Of a stretch of 32,000 nt of DNA, positions 12,801 to 24,009 are shown in pieces. The DNA is taken from assembly GCF_000195855.1 (NCBI RefSeq), contig NC_002677.1:1950001-1982000 (forward strand), given 5' to 3'. Source of the DNA: Mycobacterium leprae TN (GTDB taxonomy: Bacteria > Actinomycetota > Actinomycetes > Mycobacteriales > Mycobacteriaceae). How positions within the stretch are numbered: the first letter of the stretch is position 1; each line of letters starts with the position of its first letter. The translations under genes were made by a program, and so were the position numbers. Below the pieces are notes generated by a model. The model ran no database searches. It saw only the letters and a program-made list of their open reading frames with translations, and was not told where the DNA came from.

Positions 12801-12899
12801 CGCGGCATGAGGGTCAAACAACCCGAGCCGGCCGACACTGGGCCGCTTGAGGCGCTCTGTCGCGGGCTTTCTCACAACCACGACGGTAGTGCAACACAC
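9885..12899 (-). CDS. glnE: Glutamine synthetase adenylyltransferase/adenylyl-removing enzyme GlnE
   Basis: 1004-aa ORF with two tandem nucleotidyltransferase modules ([19 protein letters not shown] and [21 protein letters not shown]). Each is followed by RPEG...G.LVRT and [16 protein letters not shown] motifs. The exact start is uncertain among GTG codons at 12899 and just downstream. Confidence 0.95.
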   Translation of the reverse strand: MCCTTVVVVRKPATERLKRPSVGRLGLFDPHAAENLALLGWYDYDCREHVDLLWSLSRAPDADAVLRPMVRLFENPATGWDELNAALLTDRGLRGRLFAVLGSSLALGDHLVAHPQSWKLLRGRVSLPSRTQLHQAFDECVSNFGDDPLDAPDSVLPRLRTLYCDQLLVLAALDLAATVEDEPVLPFTLVAAQLADIADAAMATALRVAEKIVCGDRTPPRLAVIAMGKWGARELNYVSDVDIIFVAEQADPLSTRVASEMMRVASEAFFQVDAGLRPEGRNGELVRTVESHIAYYQRWAKTWEFQALLKARSAVGDAELGERYLAALMPMVWAACERADFVAEVQAMRRRVEQLVPADVRGRELKLGSGGLRDVEFAVQLLQLVHGRSDESLHVVSTVDALAALGEGGYIGREDAANLTASYEFLRLLEHRLQLQRLKRTHLLPEDGDEEAVRWLARAAHIRPDGRHDAAGVLREELKNQNLRVSQLHAKLFYQPLLESIGPASLEIRHGMTSEAAERQLATLGYEGSQTALKHISALVNQSGRRGRVQSVLLPRLLNWMSYAPDPDGGLLAYRRLSEALSAETWYLSTLRDKPAVARRLMHVLGTSVYVPDLLMRAPEVIQSYGDGLAGPKLLEAEPAMVARALITSAGRHTDPIRAIDAARSLRRRELARVGSADLLGLLEVTEVCKALTSVWVAVLQAALDAVIRAYLPDGDKAPAAIAVIGMGRLGGAELGYGSDADVMFVCEPAIGVEDAQALRWSGMIAERVCRLLRTPSVDPPLDVDANLRPEGRNGPLVRTLGAYAAYYAQWAQPWEIQALLRAHAVAGDADLGQRFLLMADKMRYPPDGVSAEAVREIRRMKARVEAERLPRGADPHTHTKLGRGGLADIEWTVQLMQLRHAHELPALHKTSTLESLDAIAAANLIPEADVDLLRQAWLTATRARNALVLVRGKTTDQLPGPGRQLNAVAVAAGWPSDDGSEFLDNYLRVTRRAKTFVRKVFGS

Positions 12900-12929
12900 C
12901 CCAGTCGAACTGACCGGAGAGAATCTAGG

Positions 12930-14276
12930 CTACAACGACAGGTAAGTCTTCAGCTCATAAAGCGAGACATGACTGCGATAGTTAGCCCATTCCGCACGCT
13001 TATTACGCAAGAAAAAGTCAAAAACATGCTCCCCCAAGGCTTCCGCGACAAACTCGGAGACCTCCATGGCACCAAGAGCACTGTCAAGACTGGTTGGCAA
13101 TTCTCGGTATCCCATCGCGAGCCTTTCTTCGGGCGTGAGATCCCAGACATTGTCCTCGGCCTGCGGCCCCAGCACGTAACCCTTCTCCACCCCACGCAAG
13201 CCAGCGGCCAGCAGCACGGCGAACGCTAGGTAGGGGTTGCACGCTGAATCGGGACTGCGCACCTCGACCCGCCGCGAAGACGTCTTGTGCGGCGTGTACA
13301 TCGGCACCCTCACCAAGGCAGACCGGTTGGCCGCCCCCCACGAGGCAGTGGTGGGTGCTTCGCCGCCAACCACCAGCCGTTTGTAGGAATTGACCCACTG
13401 ATTGGTGACCGCGCTAATCTCGGAGGCATGCTCAAGTATCCCAGCAATGAACGACTTGCCCACATCCGACAACTGTAACGGATCGTCGTCGCTGTGGAAG
13501 GCGTTCACGTCACCCTCGAACAAGCTCATATGGGTGTGCATCGCTGAGCCAGGGTGCTGCGCGAATGGCTTGGGCATGAATGACGCCCGAGCGCCGTTTT
13601 CGATCGCGACTTCTTTGATGACGTAACGGAAAGTCATCACGTTATCGGCCATCGACAGTGCGTCGGCGAAGCGCAGATCGATCTCCTGCTGGCCGGGCGC
13701 GCCTTCATGGTGACTGAACTCCACCGAGATACCCATGAATTCCAGGGCCTCGATTGCGTGCCGGCGAAAGTTCAACGCGGAGTCGTGCACCGCTTGGTCA
13801 AAATAGCCGGCGTTGTCGACTGGAACTGGAATGGGCATCGACCCGTCCTCAGGCCCCGCCTTGAGGAGGAAGAATTCGATTTCGGGATGGACGTAGCAAG
13901 AAAAGCCAAGGTCGTTGGCCTTTGTCAGCTGACGCCGCAAAACGTGTCGAGGGTCCGCCCACGATGACGAGCCGTCCGGCATAGTGATGTCGCAGAACAT
14001 CCGCGCCGAGTGGTGGTGTCCGGCGGTGGTAGCCCAGGGCAGGATCTGAAAGGTCGACGGATCCGGATGCGCCACGGTGTCGGATTCCGAGACCCGCGCA
14101 AAGCCCTCGATCGAGGATCCGTCGAAGCCGATGCCTTCCTCGAAGGCACCTTCTAACTCGGCGGGAGCAATCGCGACCGACTTGAGGTAACCAAGCACGT
14201 CGGTGAACCACAGGCGCACGAAGCGGATGTCCCGCTCCTCAAGCGTGCGCAGCACAAATTCCTTCTGTCGATCCAT
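12930..14276 (-). CDS. glnA2: Glutamine synthetase type I family, GlnA2
   Basis: The ORF is open to 14294. The ATG at 14276 gives MDRQKEFVLRTLEERDIRFVRLWFTDVLG, a typical GS N-terminus. GS catalytic-domain motifs are present throughout (FDGSSIEGF, HHEGAPGQQEID, NRSALVRVP). The stop lies 30 bp upstream of the glnE start, so an operon is likely. Confidence 0.93.
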   Translation of the reverse strand: MDRQKEFVLRTLEERDIRFVRLWFTDVLGYLKSVAIAPAELEGAFEEGIGFDGSSIEGFARVSESDTVAHPDPSTFQILPWATTAGHHHSARMFCDITMPDGSSSWADPRHVLRRQLTKANDLGFSCYVHPEIEFFLLKAGPEDGSMPIPVPVDNAGYFDQAVHDSALNFRRHAIEALEFMGISVEFSHHEGAPGQQEIDLRFADALSMADNVMTFRYVIKEVAIENGARASFMPKPFAQHPGSAMHTHMSLFEGDVNAFHSDDDPLQLSDVGKSFIAGILEHASEISAVTNQWVNSYKRLVVGGEAPTTASWGAANRSALVRVPMYTPHKTSSRRVEVRSPDSACNPYLAFAVLLAAGLRGVEKGYVLGPQAEDNVWDLTPEERLAMGYRELPTSLDSALGAMEVSEFVAEALGEHVFDFFLRNKRAEWANYRSHVSLYELKTYLSL

Positions 14277-14372
14277 AACTCGCACATTATGCAACTGTTG
14301 TTAATCCGGTATTGCCGGACCAGCCCATTAGCGTTGCTCAGTTCCCAGTTAAACAGCCGTTTATGAATCAGC

Positions 14373-15908
14373 TTAGGGCTGACATTGTAAGGACGCCGGT
14401 AGCAACGTCTCGTCCACGAAATAATGCACCACCGCGCTATCCACACACTGGTCGCCGTTGAACACCGCGGTGTGCTGGGTTCCGTCGTAGGTGATCAGCG
14501 GGCTGCTCAGCTCGCGAGCCAGGTCTACCCCGGCCTGATATGGAGTGGCCGGGTCGTGCGTTGTGGAGACCACGACAACCTTGCCCGGCGCGACCGGCGG
14601 CGCGGGGTGCGGCATCGATGTCGCCGGCACCGGCCACAGTGCACAGATATCGCGGGGAGCGTTGCCGGTGAATTGCCCGTAGTTGAGGAACGGAGCGGCC
14701 TGGCGTATCTGCTGATCGGCCGATACCCAGCTCGCCGAGTCGGTTGGCACCGGCGCGTCGACGCAGCGGATCGCGTTAAACGCGTCCTGGTCGTTGGTGT
14801 AGTGCCCATTGCGGTCCCGGCCGTTGTAGTCGTCGGCGAGCAATAGCAGGTCACCGGCGTCGGTGCCACGCTGCAGCCCAAGCAAGCCACTGGTCAGGTA
14901 TTTCCAGTGCACCGGGGTGTAGAGCGCATTAATGGTGCCGGTGGTCGCGTCAGCGTAGCCCAGGCCGCGTGGATCCGACGTCCGACCCGGCTTGGTAACC
15001 AACGGGTCGATCAGCGCATGGTATCGGTTGACCCATTGGCTGGGGTCAGTGCCCAGTGGACAGGACGCCGAGCGGGCGCAGTCCGCGGCATAGTCGGTAA
15101 ATGCGATCTGGAATCCGGCCATTTGCTGGATGTCTTTCTGGATTGAGCTAACACTCGGGTCAATAGCGCCGTCAAGCACCATCGCCCGCACATGGTCGCT
15201 GAACCGCTCGAGATAGGCGGTACCCAATTCGGTGCCGTAGCTATAACCGAGGTAATTGATCTGCTCGTCTCCCAGAGCCAGGCGAACTATATCCATGTCG
15301 CGCGCGGCCGAGGCAGTTCCCACGTTCGCCAAAAATGCGGTGCCGACCCGGGCAACACACTGTTGAGCGAGCTGCTTGTAGACTTGCTCGATGTGCGCCA
15401 CACCGGCCGGGCTGTAGTCAACCATCGGTTCGGTCCGGTACGCGTCGAACTCAACGTCAGTGCGACACCGAAGCGCCGGGGTTGAGTGGCCGACTCCTCG
15501 CGGGTCGAACCCCACCAGGTCGAAGTGACGGCCAATATCGGTACGTTGTAGCCCTGGTATCATTTCGGCGACCATGTCAACCGCGGACGCCCCGGGTCCT
15601 CCCGGATTGAACAGCAGCGATCCGATCCGCTGGCCAGTCGCTGGAGCGCGGATGACCGCCAATTCGGCGTGCACCCCATCAGGATTGTTGTAGTCGACCG
15701 GCACCGACACCGTTGCACACCGTGCCGAGGGGATGTCGCTAGTGTCGGACAGGAACACACTGCAATTACCCCAGTTCTGCTCCGGCACCGGGCTAGGAGT
15801 CTGCTCTGGGCTGGCACCAACCACCGGCGGTGTCATTGCCGGTTGCAGCAACAGCCCTAACGAAAGCAGCGCCGAGCTCAACGATCTCAGGCTCGGCATG
15901 GCTACCAT
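14373..15908 (-). CDS. Secreted alpha/beta-hydrolase, tripeptidyl-aminopeptidase-like serine protease/esterase (Rv2223c-like by position)
   Basis: 511-aa ORF with an N-terminal signal-like segment (LRSLSSALLSLGLLLQP). It has the nucleophile elbow GYSYGTELG and a conserved C-terminal block VVVVSTTHDPATPYQAGVDLA...YDGTQHT. It is a paralogue of the adjacent ORF. Confidence 0.85.
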   Translation of the reverse strand: MVAMPSLRSLSSALLSLGLLLQPAMTPPVVGASPEQTPSPVPEQNWGNCSVFLSDTSDIPSARCATVSVPVDYNNPDGVHAELAVIRAPATGQRIGSLLFNPGGPGASAVDMVAEMIPGLQRTDIGRHFDLVGFDPRGVGHSTPALRCRTDVEFDAYRTEPMVDYSPAGVAHIEQVYKQLAQQCVARVGTAFLANVGTASAARDMDIVRLALGDEQINYLGYSYGTELGTAYLERFSDHVRAMVLDGAIDPSVSSIQKDIQQMAGFQIAFTDYAADCARSASCPLGTDPSQWVNRYHALIDPLVTKPGRTSDPRGLGYADATTGTINALYTPVHWKYLTSGLLGLQRGTDAGDLLLLADDYNGRDRNGHYTNDQDAFNAIRCVDAPVPTDSASWVSADQQIRQAAPFLNYGQFTGNAPRDICALWPVPATSMPHPAPPVAPGKVVVVSTTHDPATPYQAGVDLARELSSPLITYDGTQHTAVFNGDQCVDSAVVHYFVDETLLPASLQCQP

Positions 15909-15982
15909 CGTTGCATTCTCGTATACCCACAGCAGCGCGAAAAGGTCACGCGTTGGTCACGTCAATCTGTTGTCGTCAGGCT

Positions 15983-17590
15983 TCAGCACTTCGCCCCGCT
16001 CGGCGGCGTGGTGCCGCCAATCAGATACTCCGTCACGTAGTCGTCAACGCAGCTGTCGCCTTGGAAAACCACGGTGTGCTGGGTTCCGTCAAATGTGAGC
16101 AACGAACCCCGAAGCTGGTTCGCCAAATCTACCCCGGCCTTATACGGTGTCGCCGGATCATGAGTGGTCGACACCACCACTGTCGGCGCCAAGCCGGGCG
16201 CCGAGACAATGTGCGGCTTGCTGGTCGGTGGTACCGGCCAGAACGCGCAAGTGCCCAGCGGCGCGTCACCGGTGAACTTCCCGTAGCTCATGAAAGGTGC
16301 AACCTCCCGTGAACGGCGATCTTCATCTATGACCTTAGCCCGGTCCGTAATCGGGGGCTGATCAACGCAATTAACTGCCACCCGTGCATCGGTGGCGTTA
16401 GTGTAATGGCCTTGCGAGTCACGACGCATGTACATATCAGCCAAGGCAAGCAGGGTATCTCCGCGATGGTCGACCAGCTCGGAAAGACCGTCGGTGAGGT
16501 GGTGCCACAGCGTGGGCGAGTACAGCGTCATGATGGTGCCTACGATCGCATCGCTATAACTCAACCCGCGCGGGTCCTTCGTCGGTGCGGGCCTGCTAAC
16601 CATCGGGTTATTGGGGTCGACCAGCGGGTTGACCAAGTTGTGATAGACGTCGACGGCTTTGGCCGGGTCGGCGCCAAGCGGGCAAGACAGTTTCCTCGCA
16701 CAGTCTGCGGCATAGTTGTTGAACGCGTCTTGGAATCCCTTGGCCTGGCGCAGATCCGCCTCGATGGGATCGGCGTTGGGGTCGACAGCGCCATCGAGAA
16801 TCATCGAACGCACGTTCTGCGGATAGGCTTCAGCGTAGGCCGCACCGATCCGGGTACCGTACGAATAGCCGAGATAGGTCAGCTTGTCGTCACCCAACGC
16901 TGCCCGGATGGCATCGAGATCCTTGGCGACGTTGACCGTCCCGATGTTTTCCAGGAATATCTTGCCCATCTTGGCGATACAACGACCGATGAACTGCTTA
17001 GTCTCATCCTCGATGTGTGCCACACCCGCCGGGCTGTAGTCGACCTGGGACTCGGATCGCAACCGGTCGTTGTCGGCATCGGAGTTACACCAGACCGCGG
17101 GCCTCGATGCTCCCACCCCACGGGGGTCAAACCCAACCAGGTCAAAACGTTCGCGAACCCGCTTCGGCAACGTCTGAACAACGCCCAACGCAGCCTCGAT
17201 GCCGGACTCGCCGGGCCCCCCAGGGTTGATGACCAGCGAACCCATCCTGTCACCGGTCGCGGGAAAGCGAATCATCGCCAGCGCCGCTACATCATCATCG
17301 TGGTGGTCATAGTCGACCGGCACGGCAAGCTTTCCGCACAACGCGCCACCGGGGAGTTTCACCGCGGGGTTGCTAGGACGACACGGTGCCCACGCCACCG
17401 GCTCGCCCAGTTTCGGCCCAGCCATCAGAGCACGCCCGCTAACAACACGGACACAGCCAGCGAGAACCAGCGCTACGGCCGCGATCGCAGTCCCAAGCAG
17501 CAGCATACGCGCGATCTTGTCACGATAAGACAGGGCCATGCTCACATATGCTGCCAGAGAGGGCTTCGGTTCCTGGTGAGCGGCCGTCAC
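15983..17590 (-). CDS. caeA: Lipoprotein-type alpha/beta-hydrolase serine protease/esterase (CaeA/Hip1, Rv2224c-like by position)
   Basis: 535-aa ORF; an alternative ATG at 17539 gives MALSYRDKIARMLLLG. The signal peptide ends in a lipobox-like LVLAGC. GYSYGTRIG is the nucleophile elbow and the C-terminus has VVVSTTHDPATPYKAGVDLA...FDGTQHT. It lies between the Rv2223c-like gene and panB, as in M. tuberculosis. The gene symbol is assigned from synteny only. Confidence 0.85.
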   Translation of the reverse strand: MTAAHQEPKPSLAAYVSMALSYRDKIARMLLLGTAIAAVALVLAGCVRVVSGRALMAGPKLGEPVAWAPCRPSNPAVKLPGGALCGKLAVPVDYDHHDDDVAALAMIRFPATGDRMGSLVINPGGPGESGIEAALGVVQTLPKRVRERFDLVGFDPRGVGASRPAVWCNSDADNDRLRSESQVDYSPAGVAHIEDETKQFIGRCIAKMGKIFLENIGTVNVAKDLDAIRAALGDDKLTYLGYSYGTRIGAAYAEAYPQNVRSMILDGAVDPNADPIEADLRQAKGFQDAFNNYAADCARKLSCPLGADPAKAVDVYHNLVNPLVDPNNPMVSRPAPTKDPRGLSYSDAIVGTIMTLYSPTLWHHLTDGLSELVDHRGDTLLALADMYMRRDSQGHYTNATDARVAVNCVDQPPITDRAKVIDEDRRSREVAPFMSYGKFTGDAPLGTCAFWPVPPTSKPHIVSAPGLAPTVVVSTTHDPATPYKAGVDLANQLRGSLLTFDGTQHTVVFQGDSCVDDYVTEYLIGGTTPPSGAKC

Positions 17591-17601
17591 CTAAGTAGCT
17601 A

Positions 17602-18978
17602 CTAGATGGCTGCGAGCAGTTCTCCATAAACCGATGCTGGACTCGTCCGACCATCTACACATAAAGTCCGGCAGCAGTTCCAGGCAGGATATGAGCCCGC
17701 ATCGAAGTTTCCGTTCAGCGGTATCACGGTGACCTTAAGACCTGCACCGCAAAAAAATCGGCCCCAACGGATACATCGCTTTGACCTCACAACCCAGCAT
17801 GTACAACGGCAACTGGGGACCGAACACATTGGAGACCATCGAGTTATGCACCAGCAGGCTCTCAGGCAATCGGGTTCGAGCGTAGAGTCGTATCACCACT
17901 TCGAGAACTCTAACACGGCAAACTACGACCAATCCTGCAACAGGATGGCGCTGATAGCCGAACTGTTTCTTGGCAACAGAATTCACTTGCACGATAGCGT
18001 TCAGTCGTTCTACTAGATCGGCAAAGTGGGTCTGTAATCATGGATACCACACCCCGAAACCCGTTTGCTAACAGGCTGATTGGACTGTCATGCAAGGAGA
18101 TTGGCACCCGAGCCACCAGTGACGAATCGGGCAACGCGTTGCGCTCACCCGAAATTTTGTCAAAGCACCCCGAAAACAATTCTATTACCGCGTCATTGAC
18201 CTTGACACCGAAGTGATTATTCACCGTTTTAATCTCCTCAAGAGCCAGTTCAACGTAAACGATGTTGCAGTGGCCGTTTATTGCGCGAATTGCACGGCGT
18301 TCGGGGCGCTGTGAACGGACGCGCCATGGTCAGGCCGTCGCGATCACCGAGGACACCGTTCCGGGCAACATATTGACCAGAGCCAATGGCCGGATGGCTA
18401 AACCACAAGAACCCGCCCGCGGCGATCTACCAGCCAGTGACATAGTCGACGCAATCTACCAGGGTCCGGCGGGAGCTTATCAACTTCTGTGGCACACAGC
18501 CGCGACATGAGGTTGGCGCCAGTCAACCCGTCCAGGCCAGCACGGTGCACCTTGGTCATCACCCCCACGCGGCCGTCGTTGTGATGGTAGCCGGTACCAT
18601 CATGCCTTCGATCACCCACATCTCCCACAATGGTCGTCGGCGATCCACTGGCAGCTACGCTATATGGCCACAGATTTCCGAAAGTTTGGCCCGCTCTCCT
18701 GGAGGTGACAACCTGATGCAATGCAGATGGCGGTCCACATGGAAGTTCGGATCGTCCACCAAGACCGGACGGTCAAGGTTTAGCTAACTACTTTGGTGAG
18801 CCGTCCACGAAATTCCGGCATCGCCTTGATGCACAGCAATAGTGCGCACAGCCAGTCAAAGAGGTAGCCGGAAGGCATCGTCGAGGTGTCCACGTGCCAT
18901 AATCGAACAGACATGCATGGGCTGCGAGGAGGTCACCGGGTACAGGAAGCTGGCATCTAGCCCACTAAACCGCTGCAT
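17602..18978 (-). pseudogene. Wax-ester synthase/diacylglycerol acyltransferase (WS/DGAT, Tgs family) pseudogene
   Basis: The ATG at 18978 opens MQRFSGLDASFLYPVTSSQPMHVCSIMA...*, a typical WS/DGAT N-terminus, and stops early. The active-site region reads KVHRAGLDGLTGANLMSRLC, where the family motif is HHxxxDG. Later blocks VKVNDAVIELFSGCFDKISGERNALPDSSLVARVPISL, SNVFGPQLPLYMLGCEVKAMYPLGPIF and GAGLKVTVIPLNGNFD fall in several frames. Confidence 0.85.
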
Positions 18979-19127
18979 GCGTCGATGGTATGTCTCACAG
19001 AGCCAGATGGTGCAACTGCGCAAAAGAGATGGCAGACTATACAGGGTCAGACGAACCCGGGGACCCTACCGAACCAGCTTCTTCAGGGCCACGAGAAGCG
19101 AACCCGACCTAACCACAAAGGCCAGTG

Positions 19128-19988
19128 ATGTCTGAGCAGAATGTTAATGTTTATGGGGCTGATCCTTCTACATCCTCCATTCAATCAATACAGCGCACCA
19201 AAATACGCACCAAGCATCTCCAAAAAATGAAGGCCGAAGGCCACAAGTGGGCCATGCTGACAGCCTATGATTATTCGACTGCTCGGGTTTTCGACGAAGC
19301 CGGTATCCCGGTGTTGCTGGTGGGTGATTCAGCGGCCAACGTGGTGTACGGCTACGACACCACGGTGCCGGTTTCGGCCGACGAACTACTCCCGCTGGTT
19401 CGCGGCGTGGTGCGGGGTGCGGGGCACGCTCTGGTCGTCGCCGACCTGCCATTCGGCAGCTACGAACCCGGACCCACTGCCGCGCTGGCTGTCGCCACCC
19501 GATTTATGAAGGAGGGCGGTGCACACGCCGTAAAACTCGAAGGCGGCCAGCGGGTAGCTGAACAAATCGCGTGCCTGACCGCAGCAGGCATTCCGGTAAT
19601 GGCGCACATCGGATTCACACCGCAAAGCGTCAACAGCCTCGGCGGTTTCCGGGTACAGGGCCGCGGCGGCGACGCCGAACAAACCGTCGCTGATGCCGTT
19701 GCCGTTGCTGAAGCCGGAGCATTTTCCGTCGTAATGGAAATGGTGCCGACCGAGTTAGCCACCCAGATCACCGGCAAATTAACCATTCCGACAATCGGGA
19801 TCGGTGCGGGTCTTAACTGCGACGCCCAGGTCTTAGTTTGGCAAGATATGGCCGGTTTAAGCAGCGGTAAGGTGGCACGTTTCGTCAAGCAGTATGCTGA
19901 TATCGCTGGCGAGTTGCGGCGTGCCGCAATGCAGTACGCAGAGGAAGTGGCCAGCGCGGTTTTCCCTGCTGAGGAGCACTGCTTCTGA
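19128..19988 (+). CDS. panB: 3-methyl-2-oxobutanoate hydroxymethyltransferase (ketopantoate hydroxymethyltransferase) PanB
   Basis: The ORF is open from a GTG at 19125, and the ATG at 19128 gives MSEQN.... The PanB sequence is conserved: [62 protein letters not shown] and GIGAG. Confidence 0.95.
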   Translation: MSEQNVNVYGADPSTSSIQSIQRTKIRTKHLQKMKAEGHKWAMLTAYDYSTARVFDEAGIPVLLVGDSAANVVYGYDTTVPVSADELLPLVRGVVRGAGHALVVADLPFGSYEPGPTAALAVATRFMKEGGAHAVKLEGGQRVAEQIACLTAAGIPVMAHIGFTPQSVNSLGGFRVQGRGGDAEQTVADAVAVAEAGAFSVVMEMVPTELATQITGKLTIPTIGIGAGLNCDAQVLVWQDMAGLSSGKVARFVKQYADIAGELRRAAMQYAEEVASAVFPAEEHCF

Positions 19989-20349
19989 AAAGCTAGCCGC
20001 GTCTCCGCGCAATCTCTCTAAAGTCGTTGGCCGACAAGTGTTTCCACACCGACTAGCAGGTCTTTTAGGTGTGGTCAGGATCGCAAAACAACGTACCTAA
20101 GCCAAGCTCAGCGCAGTGCCAAACGACATGACATATTGTACGACAAAATTTTCAGGCTGTCATCAGAAATGTCCTTGAGCTAACAGATACCATTACGCAC
20201 TATGGCCCGTCGCTGCTGGATGATGCGCCGGCGCGCAGGCTGCGACATTCACCAGTAACCACGCATATGTGCTATAGCACACCAGGGATTCCTGTTCTAC
20301 ATCCACCCAGGACTACGCCACAGAACCTTCATCGGAGGCGAAAATGCGG

Positions 20350-21822
20350 ATAAACGGGCCCAAAGATCGGGCCATTTGGAGGTGGAACGCAAGTTCGACG
20401 TGGTCGAGTCGACAGTGTCCCTGTCCTTCAAGGGCATCGCCGTGGTGGCTCGCGTCGAGAAGTTACCGACGCAATCTACTGGATGCTACTTATTTCGACA
20501 CGCCGAAGCAGGACCTGGCTCGCAATAACATTACCCTGCGGCGCCGCACTAGTGGCCCCGACGCAGGTTGGCATCTAAAGTTGCCGGCCAGAAGCGATGC
20601 CCGTATCGAGATCCGCGCACGCCTTTGGTCGCATACGGCTATACGGTGCCAACCGAGTTACTGGATGTGGTGCTGACCATTGTTCGCGACCGCCAGGTAA
20701 AGCCCATCGCGCGAAGCACCACTCAACGGAAAAGCCAAGTCCTGTAAGGAATCAACGGCACCTTGCTTGGCGTAATTCAACAAAGACTATGTCACCGCGT
20801 GGTCTGTCAGCAATTCGGCGAGCTCCGGTTGGGATCCGGCCGAACAACATTGGCTCGAATGGGAACTGAAATTCGTCAATGGGGACGCTAAATACGAGCT
20901 GTTGGATCGGCTAAGCAACCGACTGCTCGATGAAGGTGTCGTACCCGCCACTCACGACTCCAACCTGACGTGGACGCCTGACACAACGTCGCATCCGCAC
21001 GACACACGGCCCCCGAGGAGCCAATACACCAAACCTTAGCACAGCAAGTTGACGAACTGCTGGTCTGATACCGCGCCGTGCGCGCTTACACATAAGACGC
21101 CGTGCATCAGATGCGTGATTTCCGGGATTCGTTCGAATGGTCCAACGGCGCGTGGATCCTCAAAAACTGCGCGAGCTTGCTAGTTATCTTAAGCATGGCG
21201 CACGACACCGAGTTTCTTAGGAGCGGCTAACAACACCACTGAACCAGCGGGCACCGGAGCTGGTGCGTGAACCGGTACAGAAACGTCTGGTTGAGGGCGC
21301 GCAGCACCGCTATAAGACCGGTCTGCGGCAGTAGCTGATCGCTATGCAGTCGCAGCGACATTTCCGTCTGCTCGACGCCCTAAATTCGGTGATGGCCGAC
21401 ATCCCGGCCGGTCCGGTCGACGAAAAACCGGCACCTTGCACCGTTGATTCGGCCCACAAACGGGTCCGCAAGGCCGAGAAAGCTGCTGCCCAACAGAACA
21501 AAGCGGGCCAGGGCGGTAAACATCACATCGAATCCTTCAGTGCGCCAAGCTACTCCGCTACACCGCGGCACCGACCGGGGCGAACCACGTGTCACAGTAG
21601 GACAAGGCCATCCACACTTTGCTGGACAATCACCAAGACAGCGTAGTCAGCCGCGAACATCTGATTCACCAGACCGAGGCCATGAACACCGCCGGCGAGG
21701 ACACCTTATACCTATGGTCTGCTCTTCCCAGTTGGAGGCCAACCTGGCCGACTGTTGCCGTAAACAACTCGACGCAGTGCTGCGCAAAACTCGATAAGGC
21801 GGTGCGCAAAGCGTGGCGCTGA
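20350..21822 (+). pseudogene. CYTH + CHAD domain protein pseudogene (Rv2226-like by position)
   Basis: HLEVERKFDVVESTV...LPTQ lies in one frame. It is followed after a frameshift near 20475 by LLDATYFDTPKQDLARNNITLRRRTSGPDAGWHLKLPA, the CYTH signature. A stop follows at 20674-20676. Further CYTH pieces (WELKFVNGD-like at about 20860) and a CHAD-like region (VHQMR...) are broken by multiple stops through to about 21822. Confidence 0.75.
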
Positions 21823-21844
21823 GCTGGGCCATCAAACCAAAAGA

Positions 21845-22270
<426 letters not shown>

Positions 22271-24009
22271 AATAAGCACGGTACTCGTTGCGGAGTTCCG
22301 GGGCCAGGGACAACATAGCTTGTTATCGGCAACGACCATCATTGTCATTGGAAAATGATGGTCAAGTTGGCCAAATAACACCAGCCGAGCTGTTTTTCGT
22401 CGAACATGAATAGTCTATCTGAGTAAGATACGCCGGCTCATTCCCTAGCAGATCGACCCGACTGAGCACACGAAGTACCACCGCGTCCGCAACCCGCTAT
22501 CACTCCGCGGGAAATAGCCCGCCGAGAGCTACCTGGTGCATAACGCCCACTAATGGCGCGTAGCTCTATACCCGAGAGCAACGGTCGAAGTGGCGGTCGT
22601 AACCGAGCTAAACCAATTCGACGTCGCGATACCCACGGCTACACCAGAAGCCGTTCGGCTGTGTTGACCAGTCAAGCATTGGTCGGGAATTCGGAACGTC
22701 GACAGGATCCGGCCATGCATCCAGGCGCACACGTTCATCCGGGATCCGATCCCGCATTAGCTGAAAACGCCAGTTGCTGTATCACCAGCCACTCAATGCA
22801 CATAACTACTCGCTTTTAAAAATATAGCGCATGCAATATCAACATTCCAGATCCCGTACGATTACGTCGTTTAGAATCAAAAAAACCAAAGGTGGTACAA
22901 TATGTGCAATCATTTTACGTAATCGATTCATGCCCAGTTTGTTGGGCTTGATTTGGTAGATATGACTGGACATAGTCGATATTCAGTGCTATACTTAGCA
23001 TAGTGGTCCACTTTGCATTGATTGCCACGCACCTGCTTTGAACATACACTTTGCCTGGATGAAGGCTACATGTAGTGCTCAACGCGCTGCACCACCGTAG
23101 CCACCGAGCGACTCAAACTGGTTGAGTTAACAACTGAGGGGAATCAGTATATTTTTGTGGACCCGGTTGTCAAGACCCTATTCAAAACCTATTCAATCCA
23201 GCATTGCCGGCAGGATCGCCGAGCTCCTAGCGATGGTTGGCCGCATCCTTATTCTGCCGTACCCGACGGTATCGCCTCAACGCAGCCGGAACCCGTTGCT
23301 CCAATTGGACTTTATGGCACTGCAGGACATCCGCTAATTTACGGCGCACAACTTCACCGGCGAACCCGTTGCCAGCTACAAGACGTCAAAGTGCATTCTC
23401 ACTCGTGATGCAACCGAAGGACTCAAACGCACACAACAATAATTGGATCAGCGAAACTTCATCTTGAAAATATACAATTGCTGCCGTACACAGTGGACAG
23501 TTAACTACTTTGCCTCGTGGGTAACGATCGCAGCGATCAGCGGATGAAAGTCCAATTCTGCCCGTGCATCGACAAATCGACCATCTTCAGCGTCGGGTAA
23601 ATCGCCGAGCAGTCAAGACATAATCAGGGCAGCACGGTGGACTTCACGCTGGTGGCGCTCCTGGTCTATACCCGCCCAGCCGTACGTGGCCCAACAAGCC
23701 CCTAATCGATTACACCGCCACCGGGCCGTAGGGCGCGATTCTCAGACAAATCATATGGGATATAGGAATCAGCTTTGACTGCTTCAACGCCCTTGTCCAT
23801 ACGCTCGACCCGCGGATCCAGGGCGACCAACTCGCGAACCGGCTGACTACTTAAAGGACATACTTCAATCTCGAGGCTTCATCAACTACGAAAACGAGTG
23901 GCGGCATTACATCTACCAACCAGAGCGCCATCCTTACACCTATTTTACTTCCCGGTCTGCACTAATCGTCGCTTGGTTGATTTGGGTATGAGGATCGTTC
24001 CGACACGCT

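Noticed and set aside
16406-17605. 399-aa ORF on the + strand, the longest unexplained ORF in the track
   Set aside because: It lies entirely antisense to the well-conserved caeA-like hydrolase gene. Its product is Arg/Gly/Val/Pro-rich with no recognisable motif. Long antisense ORFs of this kind are expected in GC-rich coding DNA because stop codons are rare opposite codon-biased genes.
22523-22568. Inverted repeat agagctac ... gtagctct with a 27-nt spacer in the ORF-free tract
   Set aside because: The stem is only 8 bp with a large loop and no flanking U-tract. This is within chance expectation for a 1.7-kb region and is not enough to call a terminator or sRNA.
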